Origin: Thermoplasmatota archaeon
Lineage (GTDB): Archaea > Thermoplasmatota > Thermoplasmata > Thermoplasmatales > ARK-15
Assembly (NCBI GenBank): GCA_031961525.1
Contig: JAVRLI010000002.1
Span: 1 to 36,612 of the forward strand
Direction of reading: 5' to 3'
DNA length: 36,612 nt
Shown here: one piece after another, positions 28,390 to 35,539 of the stretch
How the letters are laid out: each line of letters starts with the position of its first letter
Numbering within the stretch: the stretch's first letter is position 1
Program-made: the position numbers and the translations under genes
The notes under the pieces: generated by a model
What the model saw: the letters and a program-made list of their open reading frames with translations, nothing else
What the model was told of the DNA's origin: nothing
The model's database searches: none

Positions 28390-29157
28390 ATGGAAAGGTA
28401 TTCAAGGCAGATCGTTCTTGAGAAAATTGGAAAGGAAGGTCAGGAAAAGTTATTAAAAAAAAGGGCAATTGTTGTTGGTCTTGGTGGAACTGGAGGTTTA
28501 ATATCACAGCTCCTTGTAAGGGCAGGGATAGGAAAACTGTACATATTCGATAGGGATTATGTTTCTTTATCAAATATACACAGGCAGACACTTTTCAGGG
28601 AAGGTGATGTTGGTAAATTGAAGGTTGAAGCAGCTTTCGATTATCTAAAATCTTTGAATTCGGATGTTGAAATTGTTCCCATTTATGAGGGAATTAGTTC
28701 ATCAAACATTGAAAAATATGTTAAGGATGTGGACATTGTTATGGATGGAACGGACAATTTCATAACAAGGTATATAATAAACGATGCATGCGTTAAGAAT
28801 AACAAACCATGGATCTATTCCGCTGCCATATCCACATATGGTAGCGTTATGGCAATAATACCTGGTAAGACAGCATGCCTGAGGTGTATGATGAAGGATC
28901 CTCCACAGGTTAATGATACATGCTCAACTGTAGGTGTTTTAAATTCAATCCCTTCACTTGTTGCCTCTTTGGCTGTAACACTTGCTTATAAAATACTGCT
29001 TGAAAATTATAGTGAAAGTGTTCTTTATTACATTGATGGGTGGTCACTGAGCATAGATAAAATAAATGTGAAGAAAAATGATTCCTGTCCCTCATGCTCA
29101 TTGCACACCTATGAATTTTTAACAGAAAAGTATGCCAGGATCGATAATTTATGCTGA
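28390..29157 (+). CDS. ThiF/MoeB/UbaA-type E1-like adenylyltransferase
   Basis: Conserved start MERYSRQIVL. Nucleotide loop GLGGTGG. DRD...NIHRQ. Two CxxC pairs (CLRC, CPSC). The track ORF start at 28180 overlaps divergent nreA and is rejected. Confidence 0.85.
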   Translation: MERYSRQIVLEKIGKEGQEKLLKKRAIVVGLGGTGGLISQLLVRAGIGKLYIFDRDYVSLSNIHRQTLFREGDVGKLKVEAAFDYLKSLNSDVEIVPIYEGISSSNIEKYVKDVDIVMDGTDNFITRYIINDACVKNNKPWIYSAAISTYGSVMAIIPGKTACLRCMMKDPPQVNDTCSTVGVLNSIPSLVASLAVTLAYKILLENYSESVLYYIDGWSLSIDKINVKKNDSCPSCSLHTYEFLTEKYARIDNLC

Positions 29158-29163
29158 AGCGTA

Positions 29164-29179
29164 AAGTATATTAATTAAA
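29164..29179 (+). promoter_or_regulatory. TATA box region for tRNA-Ala
   Basis: AAGTATATTAATTAAA, with the core TATATTAA centred about 27-28 nt upstream of tRNA nucleotide 1 (29198). Confidence 0.5.
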
Positions 29180-29197
29180 TTGAATTGTAAAAAAAGA

Positions 29198-29270
29198 GGG
29201 CCGGTAGATCAGTTGGTAGATCGCCTCCTTGGCATGGAGGAGGCCCGGGGTTCAAATCCCCGCCGGTCCA
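29198..29270 (+). tRNA. tRNA-Ala (anticodon GGC)
   Basis: Manual cloverleaf. Acceptor GGGCCGG/CCGGUCC with the G3:U70 Ala identity pair. D stem GAUC/GAUC. Anticodon stem CCUCC/GGAGG with loop UU-GGC-AU. T arm CGGGG-UUCAAAU-CCCCG. Discriminator A. No CCA. Confidence 0.92.
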
Positions 29271-29286
29271 CTGTGAGGTTGTTATT

Positions 29287-30294
29287 ATGAAAACATACAG
29301 GGAAGCGGGTGTTGATATTGATAAAAAGGATATTTTTCTTGAGAAACTTTTGAATGAAATTAAGTTCAAAAGAAAAAAATTCTCTCCTGCCATTGGAATA
29401 GGCCATTATACAGGGCTCATAAACTTCGGTGAATTTTATTTAGCTCTTAACACAGATGGTGTTGGAACAAAGATGATCATAGCTGAGGAAATGAAAAAAT
29501 GGGATACTGTTGCAATAGATGCCGTTGCCATGAACGTTAACGATACAATTTGTGTTGGAGCAGAACCTATTGCATTTGTTGATTACCTTGTTATAAAAGA
29601 TTATGATGAAAAAAGAGCAAGGGATATTGGAAGAGGATTGAACATTGCGGCAAAAATAAGCAATGTTTCAATTATAGGAGGGGAAACTGCTGTTATGCCA
29701 GATATGGTTATTTACACGGATCTCTCAGGAACAGCCATGGGTATTGTGAAAAAGAGTGATGTTATAACAGGTAAAAAAATAAAAAAGAATAATTCAATAA
29801 TTGCATTAAAAAGCTCTGGCTTGCATTCCAACGGTTTTACTTTGGTTAGAAAATTGCTTAAGGAGAAAAATGTTTCATATGATGAAAAACTGGATAAACC
29901 TCTCTGGAAAATTCTTCTTGAACCAACAAGAATATATGTTAGACCTGTTTTGAAAATTATAAAAAATTTTCCAGTTCACGGTCTTGCACATATTACTGGT
30001 GGTGGATTGAGGAATTTGATAAGGTTATCAAAGCACAGGTTTGTTATTGATAATCCCCTAAAGCCGCAGAGAATTTTCACATTCATACAGGATCTTGGTG
30101 GAATTGAAGATAAGGAAATGTATCAAACCTTCAACATGGGTATGGGTTTCATGATCATTGTTGATGAAAAATATGCTGACAATATTTTAGAAGTATTGAA
30201 AAGGGAAAAGATTGAATCCGATGTGGTTGGACATGTTGAGGATGGATCCGGGGTTTTCATTCCTGAATTCAATATTAAATATGAGAAATACTGA
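29287..30294 (+). CDS. purM: Phosphoribosylformylglycinamidine cyclo-ligase (AIR synthetase)
   Basis: 335 aa. MKTYREAGVDID start, LALNTDGVGTK, DAVAMNVNDT, GGETA and SSGLHSNGF motifs. GAGGT SD lies 7 nt upstream of the ATG. Confidence 0.9.
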   Translation: MKTYREAGVDIDKKDIFLEKLLNEIKFKRKKFSPAIGIGHYTGLINFGEFYLALNTDGVGTKMIIAEEMKKWDTVAIDAVAMNVNDTICVGAEPIAFVDYLVIKDYDEKRARDIGRGLNIAAKISNVSIIGGETAVMPDMVIYTDLSGTAMGIVKKSDVITGKKIKKNNSIIALKSSGLHSNGFTLVRKLLKEKNVSYDEKLDKPLWKILLEPTRIYVRPVLKIIKNFPVHGLAHITGGGLRNLIRLSKHRFVIDNPLKPQRIFTFIQDLGGIEDKEMYQTFNMGMGFMIIVDEKYADNILEVLKREKIESDVVGHVEDGSGVFIPEFNIKYEKY

Positions 30295-31054
30295 GATCCT
30301 CAACAGAATATGGCACATAGGATAGACCCTGTCTGGGAGATTCAAGTTCAGGTAAAGCGTATTTGAAAAGATCCTTTGAAATGAACAGAACAGTATTAAG
30401 ACCCCTGTGTGCAGCCTCCTGCGCAGCCCTCACCGCAGCAAACTCAAAATCTATTTTTATTCCGGCATTTTTCAATGCAATGTAGGGAACTATACCATAT
30501 ATACCTATCCTATCATACCCTTTGGATATTTCCTTTATCTTTTCCATGTTAACATTCCTTGATCCACCATCGCTTATGGGTGGTAAAAGGCATACCGCAA
30601 TCTTACCCATTTTTATATCCATTATGCCTGTTAAATCCTTAACTCCAACATCCTCACCCTTTTTTGCACTTGATAATGTTATACCCATTGATTTTGAATC
30701 CTTTCTATACGCATGGATATAACCATTTTCCATAAAAAGACCAACATTTTCATTTTCATTGAGATCCTCACCTGCTATTGCCTCTGTAACATTTATTATG
30801 TTCAGTTCATTAAGAAGGTTAACAACATAAACCCTTAGTTCTTCTGCCTTTTCATGTACAAAGTTACTTCCCTTCTTTGTAAGGTTAAGATCCTTTGTTA
30901 CAAGTCCCTCTTTTCTCATTATTTTTATGTACTCGGAAACACCCTGTACAGTTATATTTATTGTTTTTGCAATCTCCCTTATTTTCCTTTTCCCATGCAT
31001 TACTTCAATGAGAATAAGCATCTTTGTCAGTTCACTCTTTTCCCTTATTATCAT
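30275..31054 (-). CDS. Winged-helix transcriptional regulator with uncharacterised ~170-aa C-terminal domain
   Basis: From the internal ATG at 31054: MIIREKSELTKMLILIEVMHGKRKIREIAKTINITVQGVSEYIKIMRKEGLV is a wHTH. The C-terminal domain is not one I can name; it is not CBS and not riboflavin-kinase-like. The track N-terminal extension (MFFLHSFMWENK...) looks non-coding. Confidence 0.6.
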   Translation of the reverse strand: MIIREKSELTKMLILIEVMHGKRKIREIAKTINITVQGVSEYIKIMRKEGLVTKDLNLTKKGSNFVHEKAEELRVYVVNLLNELNIINVTEAIAGEDLNENENVGLFMENGYIHAYRKDSKSMGITLSSAKKGEDVGVKDLTGIMDIKMGKIAVCLLPPISDGGSRNVNMEKIKEISKGYDRIGIYGIVPYIALKNAGIKIDFEFAAVRAAQEAAHRGLNTVLFISKDLFKYALPELESPRQGLSYVPYSVEDLSISHI

Positions 31055-31133
31055 AGTTTGATTATTGTATTCCCATAAATTAAATCTTTTCTTTTTAAAA
31101 AATTTAAAATGGTAAAACATTTTATTCTCCCAC

Positions 31134-31334
31134 ATGAAAGAATGGAGAAAAAACATATTGAAGAATTATCTTTTACTTGCTCTCATTTTACTTGAAATTA
31201 TTTTGAGCGCTGTTTTTCTAATTGTGTTTTATTCAACAAGCAATGTTTATTTCAAAGGTGTATTTGTTGGTCTAACAATATCATGGGTTACATCTGCCAT
31301 AGCATACGCTTTTCAAAAGTTTTATGGATTATGA
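31134..31334 (+). CDS. Hypothetical 66-aa two-TM membrane protein
   Basis: Two clear hydrophobic helices (LLLALILLEIILSAVFLIVFY and FVGLTISWVTSAIAYAF). An AT-rich TATA-like tract lies about 25-40 nt upstream. Divergent from the wHTH regulator. No homology recognised. Confidence 0.4.
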   Translation: MKEWRKNILKNYLLLALILLEIILSAVFLIVFYSTSNVYFKGVFVGLTISWVTSAIAYAFQKFYGL

Positions 31335-31337
31335 TAT

Positions 31338-31429
31338 GCTCCGGCCGGGATTTGAACCCGGGTCGTCGGCTTTCCTCGTTATTAAAACTCGAAAGGCCGA
31401 TATGCTTGACCGGACTACACCACCGGAGC
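31338..31429 (-). tRNA. tRNA-Glu (anticodon UUC) with 18-nt intron
   Basis: Reverse complement: GCUCCGGUGGUGUAGUCCGGUCAAGCAUAUCGGC-CUUUCG[AGUUUUAAUAACGAGGAA]A-GCCGACGACCCGGGUUCAAAUCCCGGCCGGAGC. Acceptor GCUCCGG/CCGGAGC. T arm CCGGG-UUCAAAU-CCCGG. The exons closely match my memory of typical archaeal tRNA-Glu. Confidence 0.88.
31372..31389 (-). other. tRNA-Glu intron at canonical 37/38 position (or 31371-31388; an A on each side makes the boundary ambiguous)
   Basis: 25 nt lie between the anticodon stem halves UCGGC and GCCGA, where 7 are expected. UUCG (nt 34-37) can pair with the intron CGAG, flanked by 3-nt bulges AGU and GAA. This is a bulge-helix-bulge-like arrangement. Confidence 0.75.
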
Positions 31430-31450
31430 TTTTATTTAGTACATATCAAA

Positions 31451-31461
31451 AAGATATAAAA
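31451..31461 (-). promoter_or_regulatory. TATA box for tRNA-Glu
   Basis: The minus strand reads TTTTATATCTT, centred about 27-28 nt upstream of tRNA nucleotide 1 (31429). It lies immediately after the Sec61-beta stop codon. Confidence 0.5.
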
Positions 31462-31466
31462 TATTT

Positions 31467-31637
31467 TCAGTGAATTGGAACCCAGACCTTAAGAATCTCA
31501 ACTATTATTGTGCCAATGATTGCAATGTAAATAACAAGCTTTGGATCTATCTTTGGACCGCGGGATTTCTCTTCCTCAAAGTACCTTATCAAACCTGCAG
31601 CTGACTGAAATCCCACATTTCTTCTCTCATCAGCCAT
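31467..31637 (-). CDS. Preprotein translocase subunit Sec61-beta (archaeal SecG)
   Basis: 56 aa from the internal ATG: MADERRNVGFQSAAGLIRYFEEEKSRGPKIDPKLVIYIAIIGTIIVEILKVWVPIH. It has the conserved GL.RYF.E...g.ki.P motif plus a single C-terminal TM. The rest of the 178-aa track ORF runs antisense through tRNA-Ser and is spurious. Confidence 0.85.
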   Translation of the reverse strand: MADERRNVGFQSAAGLIRYFEEEKSRGPKIDPKLVIYIAIIGTIIVEILKVWVPIH

Positions 31638-31711
31638 GTTGATTTCTAAATTCAAAAATGTATTTAAGAGTTTCTGATGAAATATTACATTTTTTTCATT
31701 AAAAGAGAAAC

Positions 31712-31723
31712 TTAAAAATATAG
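31712..31723 (+). promoter_or_regulatory. TATA box for tRNA-Ser (and, by inference, XPD)
   Basis: TTAAAAATATAG is centred about 26 nt upstream of tRNA nucleotide 1 (31744). Confidence 0.55.
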
Positions 31724-31743
31724 AAAAACATATGGTTATTTGG

Positions 31744-31828
31744 GCCGCGGTAGCCAAGCGGACCACGGCGCCAGCCTTGAGAGCTGGTTCCCGAATAGGG
31801 AGCGGGAGTTCGAATCTCCCCCGCGGCG
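31744..31828 (+). tRNA. tRNA-Ser (anticodon UGA), class II
   Basis: Manual fold. Acceptor GCCGCGG/CCGCGGC. 3-bp D stem GCC/GGC. Anticodon stem CCAGC/GCUGG with loop CU-UGA-GA. Long variable arm UUCCCGAAUAGGGAGC. T arm GGGAG-UUCGAAU-CUCCC. Discriminator G. No CCA. Confidence 0.9.
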
Positions 31829-31833
31829 TTAGG

Positions 31834-33726
31834 ATGAAATTTTTCCCATATGGTTTCAGAAAATACCAGGATGAGATTGTAAAATTTGTAGAGGAAGCTA
31901 TTGCTAAAAAGGAGCATGTTATTCTTGAGGCTCCAACGGGAATAGGTAAAACAATTGCTGTACTTGCACCTTCTCTCGAATATGCAATTGAAAATAAACT
32001 CAAAGTTTTTTACCTCACAAGGACAAATTCACAGCAGGAACAGGTAATTAAGGAGGCAAAATTACTAAGGAAAAATTACGAATTTGGAAGTGTTTCACTC
32101 CAGGGTAGAAACAACTATTGCCTTTTGATGATGAAGGAAAAGATCATTGATGCAACGCCCGAAGAGTTTGCACTTTTATGTGAAAGGAAAAAGAAGGATG
32201 TTGAAAATGGAAGGTATGATTCCTGTATATTTTATAACAATTACCTTGAAAAGGGAGAGGAACTTTTGAACTTCGGAAAAAGGAATGTTTTTACAGCACA
32301 GGAATTCATAGACAGGGCTCTTGAGGATGAGATATGCGCATACGAGGCAATAAAGAATTTAACGAAAGATGCAAGTTTAATTGTTATGCCCTACATGTAT
32401 TTCTTTGATCCATTCATCAGGTCAAGGCTCCTGGACTGGTCAAACACAAACCTTGATGAAATAATATTGATTGTTGATGAGGCACACAATTTACCAGATT
32501 TTGCAAGATCCTTGAGAAGTTTATCACTTTCCATAAGATCAATAAATGCAACAGATAGAGAAGTTAGGGACTTCGGTGAAATTAATTATAAGAACATAAA
32601 ACTATCATATTTCCTTGAAACATTGAGGGAAGTTATATACTACTTTGAAAATGAAACTTTAAAGGATAGGGAGGATTCACCCATTTCCCATTCACTTTTC
32701 CTTGACATGCTTGCTGAAAAATTGAATTCCTCAAGGGATGATGTTATAGTTTTCCTTAACAACCTTGTGGCATTTGGTGAATATATAAGGAATAAAAAAT
32801 TGAACCAGGGTGTTTTACCGAGATCCTATGTATGGAACCTTTCAAATTTTCTTCTTGAATTTTTTGAGAACGATTCAAAGGATACAGTAAGGTTAATAAC
32901 AAAGGATGATGTTTTAAGGCTTGAATTATTTTCAATAGATCCAAAGCCCATAACATCTGTTGTTGAGAAGGTACATTCATCAATTCATATGTCTGGAACT
33001 CTAAGACCACTTGATGAATATGAAAGCCTTGTTTTTGAAAATGTTAGGCCAAAGAAAGCATCATATCCATCACCATTCCCGCCTGAAAATTTGAAGGTAT
33101 ATTACATTGATAATGTAACAACAAAATATGAAATCATTGAAAGAAACAGTGATGAGAGCAAAAAAATTGCAGCCATACTTGAGAAAATACTTTCAAAGGG
33201 TCACAACGCTCTTGTACTTTTTCCATCATACAGAATCATGGAAAAGATTCTAAATGAGGATATAATAGTTAATGGTGAAATATTCATTGAAAGGCAGAAC
33301 ATAACACAGTCAGAATTCACAAGGTACATGCATCTATTCAAAAGGCATGGAGGGACATTTTTTTCAGTTTTTGGTAGCAGAATAAGTGAGGGAATAGATT
33401 TTCCAGAGAATATTCTTGAGATGGTTGTTATTGTTGGTATTCCTTACCCAAAACCAACAGCAAGACAGGAACTCATGGAAATGTATTACAGAAATGAACT
33501 AGGAAAGGAAAAAGTTTACCGTTTCCTTGTTCATGGTCCTGCCGGTAGAAAGATTGTTCAGGCCTTTGGAAGGATGATAAGATCCTCAAAGGACAGGGGT
33601 ATTGGTATTATACTTGATGAAAGAGCTCACAGATTCAAGGATTTCATAAACATGGAAAAAAGTAAAAATATTGAGGAGGAGATTGATAATTTTTTCAGTG
33701 TTAAGGAAATAAATAACAAAAATTAA
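31834..33726 (+). CDS. xpd: XPD/Rad3-family 5-prime to 3-prime DNA helicase (FeS)
   Basis: Starts MKFFPYGFRKYQDEIV (Q motif). Walker A APTGIGKT. DEAH box VDEAHN. Four Cys of the FeS domain (NYCLL, LLCERK, DSCIFY, EICAYE). C-terminal helicase motifs (GRMIRS..D.G). The track ORF start at 31732 reads through tRNA-Ser and is rejected. Confidence 0.9.
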   Translation: MKFFPYGFRKYQDEIVKFVEEAIAKKEHVILEAPTGIGKTIAVLAPSLEYAIENKLKVFYLTRTNSQQEQVIKEAKLLRKNYEFGSVSLQGRNNYCLLMMKEKIIDATPEEFALLCERKKKDVENGRYDSCIFYNNYLEKGEELLNFGKRNVFTAQEFIDRALEDEICAYEAIKNLTKDASLIVMPYMYFFDPFIRSRLLDWSNTNLDEIILIVDEAHNLPDFARSLRSLSLSIRSINATDREVRDFGEINYKNIKLSYFLETLREVIYYFENETLKDREDSPISHSLFLDMLAEKLNSSRDDVIVFLNNLVAFGEYIRNKKLNQGVLPRSYVWNLSNFLLEFFENDSKDTVRLITKDDVLRLELFSIDPKPITSVVEKVHSSIHMSGTLRPLDEYESLVFENVRPKKASYPSPFPPENLKVYYIDNVTTKYEIIERNSDESKKIAAILEKILSKGHNALVLFPSYRIMEKILNEDIIVNGEIFIERQNITQSEFTRYMHLFKRHGGTFFSVFGSRISEGIDFPENILEMVVIVGIPYPKPTARQELMEMYYRNELGKEKVYRFLVHGPAGRKIVQAFGRMIRSSKDRGIGIILDERAHRFKDFINMEKSKNIEEEIDNFFSVKEINNKN

Positions 33727-33758
33727 ATACATTCTATTATTTTTTCAATGGAAAGATT

Positions 33759-35396
33759 ATGGTAGTTGTGAGCATAAAGAAAGAGAGATTAAGAAAATTC
33801 ACAGATGTTGATAATGAAGAGATTAAAAATATTGTTGAGATGCTCGGCGGTGAAGTAAAAAGGGAAGATGATGAAAATTTAGATTTTGAACTTTACCCTG
33901 ATAGACCTGATCTATATTCCATATTCGGTCTTTCAAGGGCAATAAGACAGTACGTTTATAGGGAAAAAAGATCCTACAGGGTTTATGATTCAAATGTTAC
34001 CGTTTTTGTTGATGAAAAATTGAAAAACATAAGACCATACATTGGCTGTGCAATCATTAAAAACATAAACCTTGATGATGAAACCATAAAAGATATCATG
34101 GACATGCAGGAAAAACTGCATTTAAGTGTTGGGAGGAACAGGGAAAAGATCGCGATAGGCATACATGATTTTGATAACGTTAATCCTCCTTTTTACTATT
34201 CAGCAAAGGATCCAGATGAAATTTCATTCGTACCTTTAGGTTTCCCAGAAAAAATGACACTGAGGGAAATAATTGAAAATCATCCGAAGGGAAAGGATTA
34301 TGGATGGATAATAAGGGATAAGGAAAAGTATCCGGTGATTTTGGATAAAAACGGTAACGTTCTTTCCTTCCCTCCAATAATAAACGGAACTTTAACACAA
34401 TTAAAGGAAAATACAAAAAATATTTTTATTGATGTGACAGGTATAGAACTGTTCACGGTAATAATAACACTGAATCTTATTGTCACATCCCTTCTTGAAA
34501 TTGGTGGAAGGGTGGAGAATGTAAAAATAGAATATAAGGATGGTACAATGATTCTCCCATCCCTTGGTTTTGAAAAGTTCACCATAAATCAAAATTATGT
34601 GGAAAAAACACTTGGAATTAAAATAAATAAGAGAAGGATGAAAAACATACTTGAAAGAATGGGATATCGTGTTGACATTAAGAAAAATAATGTTTTTGTT
34701 CCACCCTACAGAATCGATATCATGCATCCTGTTGATATCATTGAGGATCTCGCAAAGGGATATGGCTATGATAATTTCCCAAAAATTATGCCAGAAAGAT
34801 TTTCACAGGGTTATGAGAGTGAGGTAGAAAACATTAAGGAAAAGGTAAGGACAATAATGATAGGTCTTAATTACATTGAGGTAACAAATTTAACATTAAC
34901 TTCACCAGAAAGGAATTTTGAAAAATTTGATCTTGAGGAAAAGGATTCACCCAGGATAGTGAATCCTGTCACAAACGAACAGACCATGATTAGGACATGG
35001 CTCATACCCATGCTCATGGAAACACTTGAAAACAACAGGCACAGGAATCTGCCGCAGAGAATATTTGAGGTGGGGGAGGTTTATGATAACAGTGAAACAA
35101 TTAACCTTGCCGGTGCATCGATTCATTCAAATGCATCGTTCACAGAAATTAAGGGAACGGTTGGAAAAATCCTTGACGCCATGGGTTTTCCCTTAAATAT
35201 TGAGGAATCCGATCTTCCATTCCTTATTCCAGGAAGGCAGGCATATATAATAGTTAACGATAAAATTGCAGGATTTTTCGGTGAGGTGCATCCAAGGATC
35301 CTCGAAAGGTTTGAGCTCGGAAACCCAACAGTTGTTTTTGAAATGAACCTTGAGAAAATTTATCCTGATATATTTAAAAATAGGTTGAATTTTTAA
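33759..35396 (+). CDS. pheT: Phenylalanine--tRNA ligase beta subunit (archaeal type)
   Basis: 545 aa. B3/4 domain region (DRPDLYSIFGLSRAIRQY). B5 domain (KRRMKNILERMGY). Catalytic-like C-terminal domain (IVNPVTNEQTMIRTWLIP.L...N). pheS is not adjacent. Confidence 0.9.
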   Translation: MVVVSIKKERLRKFTDVDNEEIKNIVEMLGGEVKREDDENLDFELYPDRPDLYSIFGLSRAIRQYVYREKRSYRVYDSNVTVFVDEKLKNIRPYIGCAIIKNINLDDETIKDIMDMQEKLHLSVGRNREKIAIGIHDFDNVNPPFYYSAKDPDEISFVPLGFPEKMTLREIIENHPKGKDYGWIIRDKEKYPVILDKNGNVLSFPPIINGTLTQLKENTKNIFIDVTGIELFTVIITLNLIVTSLLEIGGRVENVKIEYKDGTMILPSLGFEKFTINQNYVEKTLGIKINKRRMKNILERMGYRVDIKKNNVFVPPYRIDIMHPVDIIEDLAKGYGYDNFPKIMPERFSQGYESEVENIKEKVRTIMIGLNYIEVTNLTLTSPERNFEKFDLEEKDSPRIVNPVTNEQTMIRTWLIPMLMETLENNRHRNLPQRIFEVGEVYDNSETINLAGASIHSNASFTEIKGTVGKILDAMGFPLNIEESDLPFLIPGRQAYIIVNDKIAGFFGEVHPRILERFELGNPTVVFEMNLEKIYPDIFKNRLNF

Positions 35397-35467
35397 ATAA
35401 TTTCAGATTAATTTTTATCTTTTATGAGGGACAAGCTTAAAAAAATTTTCTCACACTTGGTCCTTAA

Positions 35468-35539
35468 TGTTTACTTATTACATTCAAAGTAAACAAATAT
35501 TTATATAGTATTGTTTACTTTTAGCAACCCTGGTAAACA
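35468..35539. promoter_or_regulatory. Two inverted-repeat pairs of the heptamer GTTTAC(T) flanking a TATA box
   Basis: IR1: TGTTTACTT (35468-35476) / AAGTAAACA (35487-35495), 9-bp arms with a 10-nt spacer. TATA: TTTATATA (35500-35507). IR2: TGTTTAC (35512-35518) / GTAAACA (35533-35539), with a 14-nt spacer. Confidence 0.5.

Noticed and set aside
29175-29406. Two minus-strand ORFs of 65-72 aa
   Set aside because: They are antisense to tRNA-Ala and to the 5-prime end of purM. Their GC-rich PGPPPCQGG-type translation simply mirrors the tRNA sequence.
31638-32003. Upstream extension of the Sec61-beta ORF (the 178-aa track ORF), and the 31732 start of the XPD ORF
   Set aside because: Both read straight through the tRNA-Ser gene. 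The conserved protein N-termini begin at internal Met codons (31637 minus strand, 31834 plus strand).
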